A stretch of 29,719 nucleotides of DNA from Candidatus Bipolaricaulia bacterium. Lineage in GTDB: Bacteria; Bipolaricaulota; Bipolaricaulia; RBG-16-55-9. Each line of letters begins with the position of its first letter. The first letter of the stretch is position 1. Below the pieces are notes generated by a model that saw only the letters and a list, made by a program, of their open reading frames with translations, did no database searches and had not been told where the DNA came from. The translations under genes and the position numbers were made by a program. This document shows positions 8,901 through 16,500 of this stretch, piece after piece. Location of the stretch: assembly GCA_042219045.1 (NCBI GenBank), contig JBDGQO010000023.1, forward strand, positions 1 through 29,719. Reading direction: 5' to 3'.

Positions 8901-9618
8901 TCGGGTGACGCCCTTCGATGCCGCCCAGATTCTCGGGCTTGCCTTCAGCTCCAGTTCCTCGGCTCTGGCCAAAGATGATGCTCCTGCGAGCGAGGGCGAG
9001 ATCATCGTGACCGACGCGGAGAACGGGACGGTGTCCGTCCGGCTGAGTGACGACGCAAACGGTGTGTACTCGGCCGCCGTCAACCTCAAGCTGGACCCGG
9101 CACAGCAAAGCGTGTCTGGCGTGAGCTCCGACCTTCCTGATGGCTGGATTGTGGACCACGTGACCCGCAAGGACGGCACTGTGCGCATCGGCCTGGCCGG
9201 TCGTACGCCGCTTTCCGGAGGGCAGGAGGTTGCAACCATCCAGCTTGGTGGTGCTAAGTCTGGCACAGGGGCCCTCAAGCCTGAGGGTACGTTCCGCCTC
9301 AATGGCTCCAGTGCAAAGGATGTCCGCGTGGACGTTGCTCCGGACGAGTTTGCCCTTGAAGGGAACTACCCGAATCCCTTCTCGCGGTCCACAACCATCA
9401 AGTATCAGCTCAGTGAGCCGGCCGACGTCACCCTGGAGGTTTATGACATGCTCGGTCGGAAGGTGAAGACGCTCGTTGATCAGCGTCAGTCGAGCGGCAC
9501 CCATGAGGTTCGGCTCGATCGCTCGACCACCAGCGAGGGTCTCAGCTCTGGTGTGTACATCTACCGGATCGAGGCTGGTGACTTCCAGGACACCGGTAAG
9601 ATGACGGTCGTCAAGTAA
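2986..9618 (+). CDS. Giant acidic T9SS-sorted surface protein (~2210 aa): long beta-rich passenger, cadherin/Ig-like domain, dockerin-like module, cohesin-like module, type A sorting domain
   Basis: ORF 2887-9618. The start is moved to ATG 2986 because MTRYLKSFLQLSVALLALVAFAAGPAMG-Q is a signal peptide (2956 and 2965 are alternatives). D/E/S/T/G-rich. Cadherin-like DAPLV...ISDPD...IRVEDPDG (~8386-8720). Dockerin-like GDADMDG...AQDAELAL / ADIAPSGGDDRVTPFDAAQIL (8728-8946). Cohesin-like GVYSAAVNLKLDP...LPDGW...GTVRIGLAGRTPL (~8990-9330). T9SS tail FALEGNYPNPFSRSTTIKYQL...EVYDMLGRKV...LSSGVYIYRIEAG...KMTVVK. Confidence 0.9.
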   Translation: MTRYLKSFLQLSVALLALVAFAAGPAMGQVYYDPSEGGTNGAANAGSSAGNPYFTAQLQTAIEDALDQGVKLVVISSGDADSQAGVSEYRLENSSSVPGDLELEGQDANGNEQEVTLTLDNSLDIIEQTLTLDGVTVEFPDLPSKQIALQAGDASSSSPFEASVQYEDGTADGDQGAISFTGDNFIEMKDGPLADEDILNIDSLNVASGVTVGFDNGSNATASDRLKINDGLNVAGTLDMDAEDGFPGILDYTDRDAATSGTQVMQTDGPKNPTFKVSGEVTDGNLFVTRLYSTASSSPSFTFEGQGDLALPVEYQEFNATQAGDAPEATFEQTLIGSTGQSEIATANDVGTVRFPFLKQINGTLAVENAAPGGAMTNVLFGDTAEPGSSEFTGESTSLNVGNDLLVEDDNSRIETASNLDITVNGEFDLLGNVGTGTTEALFGHTSEFGKEVLVDGGGNAKATFQNKATFGGDVSLVAGSMEFDANSGNFSGTISSVVTGTFSNDGGTVVLETGSTHNLTFLGDVKVNGSPSFEQLPDTGSPTADDTEFIFAGTSGQQTITGSSALAAERITIDNPDGVTIDKNSGAEVLMRSSTITTAASSFPGGVVQAHLNVQSGAFTTNGGLGLANTSNAERYELTLNKPGGELREGDSNSILDNTDIPYVVDGDVAEDPYRIEYIGDASAPTADELLQQGVDAEERQVEQLSINMDVPNATISLGSSDYAAVDRFELLGGRFALTANNELRLHCQLTLERAAGNFEIPNPVNPSDAIVFPDQNFTSPSAPGDCGSFADGTDGIYLQYTNNTRESANVDPVEITTSIEFPVVANSSREDDVILDVEIDDADVTLEDRTSKFGSDEVTYRFAQDFALSSTLDLNGQRLQMNTVDGAGPNFAGPVTGISYEVALDGSGVSSPGHLLTVASEGEFQSTSSSVLEYIGAGQANTTLIDNTNDSPDGEVFTFPEVIVDKDLKESLPEDATNEGDRRVVFSTADTDDENVDGFEFDGDFTIENAQNFGDTNGDGKADLQDGVTFAGTEATGGDGNDRDQVDAVQVRGTFEQGVNDGESFDGGSLMAFHNEPGIAASEFTVDEDFVKNASDSTRFLVGDSTGTENSGNIGNVADFTVGTSNNELRQENGTFFVNASQTFVVNGAVENNSDDSRTTDVDLGSTGGTSTFTSEAFEVKGWNNDLFTGSPEDGFTDDRTRATVTGDVTQTAGTMLWRGFTEDTDGDQTTEVADSHINVQGDFNHNGGETFLKNTLLALIEGEVAVTDSLFKANLGGISEPTTGGVSTDSNVDVDSSASHDNRFRAGTLTVGTQASASTTSKSHGSPASATFEASFRDDPTRASGELIDPPSKPEANDRVLLLSGDTRINYDGRYELEGFEHRQSTGGYYLLGLADYHPETDDPSDDLDITDRREFDAGQCGLVRFTGKNIQTLKTDGTAETFLNSLSVRSPSDEEPISSGVQLKSDVALNQVRCVDAEREIKNGVLSSTSPVRGDAVFRPFGTYFAERGVLRTFEGGTAKNHGGTHHELFVLTAKPTDNRDLTEANSADEDRAGVFAATSPVLFGDERAYISGTMTRAIEDQSEDTGGRLADGYIFPMGSSPVDVVEAEQRDNLQLLEPEYRAMVLQTVTDHTEPGFFSVTAAPKPVDDSGNVIELPDGLTDDGLTRQNDRIELDLNTLSLPYMKVDFNRPNNFKTFNMRMISDIGDVRGTKVDQVKQMRIVQREKDNTSSSNWQLAGDYDEDAGGGLLDDDPDDAGGPNETISGKTNVVHEGVNLDRGQILAFASDDSLNNIGQTDAPLVELSSGQSSPVGVVDVGNETDISFNISDPDTDPSNFSFSVTGSSNSAIEPDSVSFQSDGTVTYAPDSSAAKASFETSSQSFKALTLEIRVEDPDGNSDVASVGVQVGLQDGDADMDGLAPSESTPEAAQDAELALEEFLKGADVSTPSVLADVAFFDGADIAPSGGDDRVTPFDAAQILGLAFSSSSSALAKDDAPASEGEIIVTDAENGTVSVRLSDDANGVYSAAVNLKLDPAQQSVSGVSSDLPDGWIVDHVTRKDGTVRIGLAGRTPLSGGQEVATIQLGGAKSGTGALKPEGTFRLNGSSAKDVRVDVAPDEFALEGNYPNPFSRSTTIKYQLSEPADVTLEVYDMLGRKVKTLVDQRQSSGTHEVRLDRSTTSEGLSSGVYIYRIEAGDFQDTGKMTVVK

Positions 9619-9630
9619 CCCTTGCAGGAT

Positions 9631-9667
9631 CAAGTGGCTGGGGCGCGCTGAGCGTCCCAGCCACTTG
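9631..9667 (+). terminator. Strong intergenic stem-loop with a weak U-tract (partial terminator or mRNA-stabilising hairpin)
   Basis: CAAGTGGCTGGGGCGC (9631-9646), loop GCTGA, GCGTCCCAGCCACTTG (9652-9667): 16 bp with one G-U pair, 12 nt after the stop codon, followed only by GTTCCTTT. Confidence 0.7.
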
Positions 9668-9806
9668 GTTCCTTTGGGTGGGAATCTCGTTCGAACCGGG
9701 CCGGAGTCGGCCTGTCCCTGACGCGCCGTCGAACTGAAACTCCTCTCCGATTATGACTGATTGCAGCTCCTCACAAGACCGAGTATTCTTCAACCTCAGC
9801 ACGAAT

Positions 9807-12800
9807 ATGACCAATCTGATTACTGCTCTCCGCCGGCCGTTTCAGGCTGCTGTATCCGTTGCGGCTCTCGCCCTCCTGCTGGTGTGTGCAGTCCCCTTTG
9901 CGCAAGCTCAGGACGTGCGGGTTAGGGTCAACGATACGGTTGGATCTGTCGGTGACACGGTCGCTGTCGACATTCAAGTTGAGAATCTTGACGCGGCAGC
10001 CGACTTCAATAACTACGGAATCGACGAAGTATCTTTCAGTGGCGGAAGCGCTGAGCCTGCCGGGTATGTCACGGAAGGGACAATCACTGGCCGCGCCCTC
10101 ACTGCAAGCGGCTCCCAGTACAGCATACTCCAGGATACGACCAACGGAAGAGTTGGGGTGTTCGGGGGACAAACTCCACTCAATGAGTTTGCAGATGGAG
10201 GAAGTGGAACCCTGATTACCCTCTTGGTCGCCATCACGGGTACTGGAGAAGCCAGCGCCACCCTTGAAAATCTAGCCTTCAACTCCACCGACCCGCCGGG
10301 TGTTACCCCGGACCCCGTCACCTTCGACGTTCTCGCCGGTGACAACATCCTAAGTATTCCGGACACTTCGGCCACCAGTGGTCAGCGAATTGTTGTCCCG
10401 ATCCGCACGACTAATCTGACCGAAGACCTGGAATCGTTTGGGCTTGACATCAACTACGACGAGACTGCCCTCAGTTTTCAGGGCCTCGTTAACTCGGATA
10501 ACGGCGTCGAGTCCGTGATTTCGGCAAATAACTTTACGACCCAGAATGCACGAACGCCTTCGCCTGGTCTTCTACGTGTAGGAGCAGGGAACGCTGAACG
10601 GGTTCCTGTCGACGGCTCTCGTCCGCTCACGTACCTTGAATTTACAGTCGTCGATCGTGCTCGCTCTGAGCTGGACTTTGTTGAGTCTGCAGTTAGCGTG
10701 AATGGAAGCAGTCTTTCGGTTGGGACGAAGGATGGTTCAGTCGACGCTCGCAATGCTGCCCCCTTCTTCTCCAACTTCCCCGGTGATACGACGATCGACG
10801 AAGACTCGCAGACCGATCCCCTTAGCTTCTCGGTCGATGACAACGACGATCCTGTGTCCGAGCTGTCGGTCACCAAGGCAAGTTCGAATGCCGACCTTGT
10901 TCCGGAAGATAGCATTGAGGTGAGTGGCTCTGGTGCCGACCGGACGGTCACTGTTACCCCGTCCGCCGACTCCAACGGAACGGCAGAGATCACTCTGGCG
11001 GTCAGCGACGGCACGAGGACTAGCACACAGTCGTTTACACTCACGGTCGATCCGGTCCGTGACGCCCCGATCGCTGTGGATGATTCGTACTCGGTTCCGG
11101 ACGGAGAAAATGATACTTTGAACGTCTCCGCCAACATGGGTGTCCTCGAAAACGACCGGCACCCGGACGACGCCTTCAATCAGGACGACTTGAGCGTGAA
11201 TACGCAGCCGATTCAGGAGGCCCAGAATGGAACCGTTGCAATCAATGCCAACGGATCGTTTCAGTACGTCCCCGAGGAAGATTTCGATGGAACCGACTCG
11301 TTCAAGTACGAGGTTACGGACGGCGATAGTACCGACACTGCAACGGTTACCATTGAGGTTGCTCCTGACCCAGTGGCCAAAAACGACACCTACGAGACCA
11401 CTGCGGGCGTAACGGCGAGCCTTCCGGCTGAGGGCCCAACCTCGAATCTCCCGACCGACTCGTCAACGCTGCACACTGCACAACTCACTGCGCTGCAAAC
11501 ACAAGGGAATGTCGGCTTCATGGCGGGCTCCTCGCCGGGTACTGGAAATGCGCGGGTTACCCTCGTTGAAAACGATGCGGGCGAGGCTGTGCTCAACTAT
11601 CAGATTACCCTGTCCGGCCTAGATTACAGCCCCTTTGCCTCTGAGTTTGACAGCACAGACGCGCTTGGAGACGATGTGGTCGGCTTCCACTTTCACGGTC
11701 CCGCCGCTTCTGGTGAAACAGCTGGCGTCCTGTTTGGGATTGTGGGAACCGTCGTGAATGGGGCCCACCTTGACGCCTCGGCAACGGACGACCAGGATCG
11801 ACAAGTCACGGTTGATAACCAAGACGGAACCGTCCGAATTTCCGGGACCTGGGATCCGGATGAGGGTGCAGTTAGTCCCTCTTCGCTCGCCGACGAGATC
11901 GCTGACGCTGACGTGGGTGAAGAAATTCCTCTGTATCTAAACCTCCACACGGAATCTAACCCAAAGGGTGAAATTCGCGGCCAGATCGTAAAGGGCCCGG
12001 CTGTCGCTGGCGTTCTTGCCAACGACGAGGATGCTTCGGGGGATGAACTCTCGGTAAGCGTCGTGGAGAATGTTTCGAATGGGTCCCTCACTCTCAATTC
12101 AGATGGTAGTTTTACGTATACACCAAACGACGGATTTACGGGTCAGGACAGCTTCACGTATCTGGCGGACGACGGGGATCAGGCCACTGATCAGGCTTCG
12201 GTAACCATCAACGTGGAGCCGGTGAATGATCCGCCCTTCTTTACGTCAACGGCGCCACAGGACACGGTCGATGCCTTCGTCAATCAGACCCTCCAGCTCC
12301 AATTCAACGCTGATCCTGGAGATCAGGACGACAGCGTCGGCTTTGGTCTCCGAGGGTCGACCCCAAATGCCTCCGTTGACACTTCGAGCGGCGCATTCAC
12401 CTTCACGCCCTCTGAGGCTCAGGGAGGAAGCACGTTCACGTTTGAGGTCGTTGCGGAAGACGAGGACGGCCTGCAGGCGGTTCAACGCTTCGACGTCAAG
12501 GTTAATGAGGTGCTGCTCGGTGACGTCACGGCGAATGGGGCCGTAAGCGCATTCGACGCGACTCGGGTCCTTCAGGCAGCTGCGGGGATGAGCCCGCCGC
12601 GTCCTCTCTCCCAGCGAGATAGCACGGCTGCAGACGTGTCGAAGGACGGGAGCATTTCCAGTTTTGATGCGTCGGCGATTCTCCGCTTCGTTACTGGTGA
12701 CATCGACTCCTTCAGCGAGATCCAGAACAATTCTTCTAAAACCCTTGCAGCTGGGTCAATTGGCCTGAGTTGGGGGCAGGTTGTCTCCAAGCAGTCTGGT

Positions 12801-13400
12801 GCAGTCCTCCCGGTTCGTTTGGAGACCGACGGCTCGGATGTGTTCTCTGTTGAAATCGAGATCCAGGACGGACTGAATTCAGTGGTCCGGAAGCAGATTG
12901 CGACTTCACTTCCCGACGGATGGCAGGTCGTCCAGGCGAAGTCTTCGGATGGAGGCCTCACTCTTGCCATGGCCGGGACTACGCCGCTTACTGAGAGCCA
13001 GTCCATCGTCCGGCTTCCCCTTGAGAGGGGCACTGCTGGGGACATTGATATCACCGCTGTAGGCTCCGTGAACGAAGGTGAAACCACGAAGATCGGTGCC
13101 ACCGACGGTCTGGAAGCACCTGACCAGTTTGCTCTTCTCGGCAACTACCCGAATCCTGTCAAGCAGAACACATCCATCAAGTTGAATCTGCCGTCGGACG
13201 CCACAGTTCAGGTCGCAGTCTACGACCTGCTTGGTCGTCAGGTCCTCTCTGCGTCCAAGGAAGATCTGTCTGCGGGTACCGGGCGGACAGTTCAATTGCG
13301 GGCTGGGGATCTCAGCTCAGGCGTGTACGTCTTCCGAGTGAAAGCGTCCTCTGGTGGCAAACAGTGGACGGACTCGGGACGGATGATCGTGACCAAGTAG
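9807..13400 (+). CDS. T9SS-sorted adaptor-like protein (~1197 aa): 2 cohesin-like, cadherin/Big_9 repeats, CHRD domain, dockerin, degenerate cohesin-like, type A sorting domain
   Basis: Signal peptide MTNLITALRRPFQAAVSVAALALLLVCAVPFAQA-Q from ATG 9807. Cohesin-like at ~9912-10338 and ~10341-10750 (ILSIPDTSATSGQRIVVPIR...ESFGLDINYDETALSF...GLLRVG). Big_9/cadherin repeats (DAPIAVDDSY...GVLEND...NGSFQYVPEEDFDGTDSFKYEVTDG). CHRD motifs FHFHGP and LYLNLHTESNPKGEIRGQI. Two-repeat dockerin GDVTANGAVSAFDATRVLQ...ADVSKDGSISSFDASAILR (12519-12713). Tail FALLGNYPNP...VYDLLGRQV...LSSGVYVFRV...GRMIVTK. Confidence 0.9.
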   Translation: MTNLITALRRPFQAAVSVAALALLLVCAVPFAQAQDVRVRVNDTVGSVGDTVAVDIQVENLDAAADFNNYGIDEVSFSGGSAEPAGYVTEGTITGRALTASGSQYSILQDTTNGRVGVFGGQTPLNEFADGGSGTLITLLVAITGTGEASATLENLAFNSTDPPGVTPDPVTFDVLAGDNILSIPDTSATSGQRIVVPIRTTNLTEDLESFGLDINYDETALSFQGLVNSDNGVESVISANNFTTQNARTPSPGLLRVGAGNAERVPVDGSRPLTYLEFTVVDRARSELDFVESAVSVNGSSLSVGTKDGSVDARNAAPFFSNFPGDTTIDEDSQTDPLSFSVDDNDDPVSELSVTKASSNADLVPEDSIEVSGSGADRTVTVTPSADSNGTAEITLAVSDGTRTSTQSFTLTVDPVRDAPIAVDDSYSVPDGENDTLNVSANMGVLENDRHPDDAFNQDDLSVNTQPIQEAQNGTVAINANGSFQYVPEEDFDGTDSFKYEVTDGDSTDTATVTIEVAPDPVAKNDTYETTAGVTASLPAEGPTSNLPTDSSTLHTAQLTALQTQGNVGFMAGSSPGTGNARVTLVENDAGEAVLNYQITLSGLDYSPFASEFDSTDALGDDVVGFHFHGPAASGETAGVLFGIVGTVVNGAHLDASATDDQDRQVTVDNQDGTVRISGTWDPDEGAVSPSSLADEIADADVGEEIPLYLNLHTESNPKGEIRGQIVKGPAVAGVLANDEDASGDELSVSVVENVSNGSLTLNSDGSFTYTPNDGFTGQDSFTYLADDGDQATDQASVTINVEPVNDPPFFTSTAPQDTVDAFVNQTLQLQFNADPGDQDDSVGFGLRGSTPNASVDTSSGAFTFTPSEAQGGSTFTFEVVAEDEDGLQAVQRFDVKVNEVLLGDVTANGAVSAFDATRVLQAAAGMSPPRPLSQRDSTAADVSKDGSISSFDASAILRFVTGDIDSFSEIQNNSSKTLAAGSIGLSWGQVVSKQSGAVLPVRLETDGSDVFSVEIEIQDGLNSVVRKQIATSLPDGWQVVQAKSSDGGLTLAMAGTTPLTESQSIVRLPLERGTAGDIDITAVGSVNEGETTKIGATDGLEAPDQFALLGNYPNPVKQNTSIKLNLPSDATVQVAVYDLLGRQVLSASKEDLSAGTGRTVQLRAGDLSSGVYVFRVKASSGGKQWTDSGRMIVTK

Positions 13401-13420
13401 GCATATTGCATCGCCTGAAT

Positions 13421-13447
13421 CAGCAGAGGGGGAGGCCCCCTCTGCTG
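13421..13447 (+). promoter_or_regulatory. Perfect intergenic stem-loop with no U-tract
   Basis: CAGCAGAGGGGG-AGG-CCCCCTCTGCTG is a 12-bp perfect inverted repeat 20 nt after the stop at 13400, followed by TCTGGG rather than a poly-T run. Confidence 0.7.
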
Positions 13448-13500
13448 TCTGGGTGCGAAAACTTCCAGTCGTACACCGAATCCAGATCCCACACCGCATA

Positions 13501-16500
13501 ATGAAGACTCTTGTCACGAAGGGTGCTCGTTTTCTCACGGTACTCCTTCTTCTCTCTCTCGTTACGGGAGCGAGTGCTTACTCTCAGGTTCCAGTTACTC
13601 TTCCTGATGTAAACTTGACCCCCGGAGAAACGACGACTGTTCCCGTTGAAGTTGGCGACGTAAGCGAGGAGGATATTGCCTCCTTTAACTTTACCATCAC
13701 GTACGATCCCTCACTTGTCGATGTTACGGCAACGCCCTCGGGTTTGAGCAGCGACCCTGACGCTAGCGTTCAAATCAATAACCCGTCTGACGGTGAGCTT
13801 TCCGTCGCCGTTGCCTCCGATAGCCCCCTTGAGGGAAGTGGTTCGCTCGTGGACTTGGAGATTACAGCCGCGCCTGACGTAGCAGGTACTACGGCGTTGT
13901 CCTTTTCATCCTTTCAGTTTCAGGAGGGAACGCCCGCTGCTGCGACGACGGATGGCTCGGTGGAAGTAAAGGATGTTTTTGTGTCTCTCCCGGACATTAC
14001 CACTCGCACTGGCCAGGAAGTCGAGATTGATATCAACGTCAGTGACTTGACTGATCTCGGCGCGCGATCCTTCCAGTTTGATCTTCCGTTCGATCCCGCC
14101 GTCCTCAGTGGTATTGAGGTTGTACAGGAAGGGACGCTTTCCCAGGGCATGAGCCTCCAATCCACTATTAGCGGTGGCGAGGTCTCTGTGGCTGCCGCAC
14201 AGTCGGATCCACTTGAGGGGAGTGGGACCTTATTGACGATCCGCGCAACACTGATGACCGGATCTACGCCTCTTGAGTTTTCCACGTTTCAGTTTAATGA
14301 GGGGCGCATCTCAGCTGGTACGGATCCCGGGTCCGTACAGGCGGCCGATGTGGTGGCCACGTTTCCGGAATTCCCTGCGGCGGTTGGTACGTCGCAGACC
14401 TTCGCCGTCCGAACGACGGACCTCAACGGATTGGACGTCTTCTCCTACGAGTTTACGTTTGAGTTTGACCCTTCGGTCATCAACGTCACGGGTCTCTCGA
14501 CCGAAGGCACCCTTTCGGAGACCGTCGACAATACCGATATTACCGTCAATGGAGACAGCGCGGTTGTGGCTGTTGCTTCGACCTCTCCCATCGAAGGGGA
14601 AGGGCCCCTGATCAAGATACAGACGGAAATCATTGGTGCGGGTGAGAGTCCGCTTCGGGCCCGGTCCTTCCAGTTTAATGAAGGGTCCCCGTCGGTTGTA
14701 ACTGTGCCCGGCTCAATCACAGCGACCGCAGAGTCTTCGCCTACTCAATTTATCCATAATGCCGCGGACCCTGCTGCGAGCTCCGTGGACGTGTACTTCG
14801 GCGACCGAAAAGTGCTGGACGATTTTGAATTCCGGACTGCCACTGAATTTTTGCCCGTCCCCGCTGATGCTACGTTTGATGTCGGGGTGGCTCCGGGCTC
14901 CTCGTCTGGCCCTGACGACATCATTGCCCGCTTCCCGGCTGAGTTCGCTTCCGGCACGTCACACACCGTCGTGGCGAATGGTGTCCTAAATCCCGATAAC
15001 TTCGTCGATAATCCCGACGGAGAACCGATTAGCTTTGAGTTCTTCATTCAAAGCGGAGCCACCACTACTGCTTCGGCTGGAAACGTCAACCTCCGGGCTG
15101 TACACGGAGCCACGGACGCCCCCACTGTCGATATCGGCCAGGAGTCGGGTCCGACGCTCCTCGAGGACTTGACCTATGGGGACGTAACTGCTGACTACTT
15201 GTCGGCCACGGCCGAAGAGAAGGTGCTCACCGTGTCACCCGGCGGGTCAAACACCCCAGTGGCCGCGTTCGAAGCGGACCTGTCTGGTCTCGGAGGCACG
15301 GCCGCGACGGTTCTCGCGAGCGGCTTTCTGAATCCATCGGCCAACCAGGACGGCCCCGGGTTTGCGCTCATCGCGGCGCTTCCGAACGGAGATGTGATAA
15401 CCTTTGAGCCGCCCACTGCGCAGGCGCAATTTATCCACAACGCAGCGGATCCAGCCGCGGATAGTGTTGACGTGTATCTCAATGGCGAGCTGGCCCTGGA
15501 CGACTTTGAGTTTCGAACAGCGACCCCATTCGTGGATGTCCCTGCGGTGGTGCCGGTCGAAGTGGGGGTCGCGGGTCCCAATTCCGCCGGTGTTGAGGAT
15601 ACCCTAGCCAGCCAGACCGTGACCTTTGCGTCGGGGCAGGCCCACACCGTGGTCGCCAATGGTGTGCTTGATCCTTCTAGCTTTGCCGACAACCCTGATG
15701 GTGAACCCATTGGTTTTGAGTTCTTCGCCGCCTCCGGAGCCGATTCAACAGCTTCGTCCGGTCAAGTCGCTCTCCGGGCTGTGCACGGGGTGACCGATGC
15801 CCCGACTATCGACATCGACGAAAATGGCACGACGCTTCTCGACAATCTTACTTATGGCGCCGTGACGTCCGAGTACTTGTCGGTCACGGCCGAGGAGAAA
15901 CGATTGGTCATTACCCCCGGTGATAGCGACGATGCGGTTGCCGCCTTCGAAGCGGACCTGTCTGGTTTGGGAGGCACGGCCGCGACGGTTCTCGCCAGTG
16001 GCTTTTTGGATCCGTCAGCCAACCAGAACGGTGAGTCTTTTGCTCTGGTCGCGGTGCTGCCGAACGGTGATGTTGTAGTCTTCGAACAAAACCTTCCTCC
16101 GAACATCACCGACGTACCTAGTGGGACTGTGCAACCCACACGCACCTTCAACGACCAAGTTGACGCAAGCGACCCGGACGGTGATCCCCTCAGTTACAGC
16201 TTGCAGGGTGATCCTGGAAACGCGAGTATCGACTCTACAGGTGCGTTCTCGTTCACACCCCCGTTCTCCCAGAGGGGGTCTGATGCATCCTTCACAGTCC
16301 AAGTCTCGGATGGTACTGCCTCGGTCGATTCCTCTTTCACAGTTTCCGTGAACGCCCTCGACCGGCAGCCCATCTCCGTTGACATTTCAGAATCGTTCGT
16401 GGATGCGACGGTCGCGACAAACTACATCCTGATTGGACTGCCGGGACAAGTCCAATTGCCCCTCGCGCAGACGCTTCAGGGAGACGAAGGAGCCCGGAAC

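Noticed and set aside
7465..9633. 722-aa minus-strand ORF and other long antisense ORFs over the giant genes
   Set aside because: Antisense shadows of GC-biased coding sequence, with no recognisable motifs.
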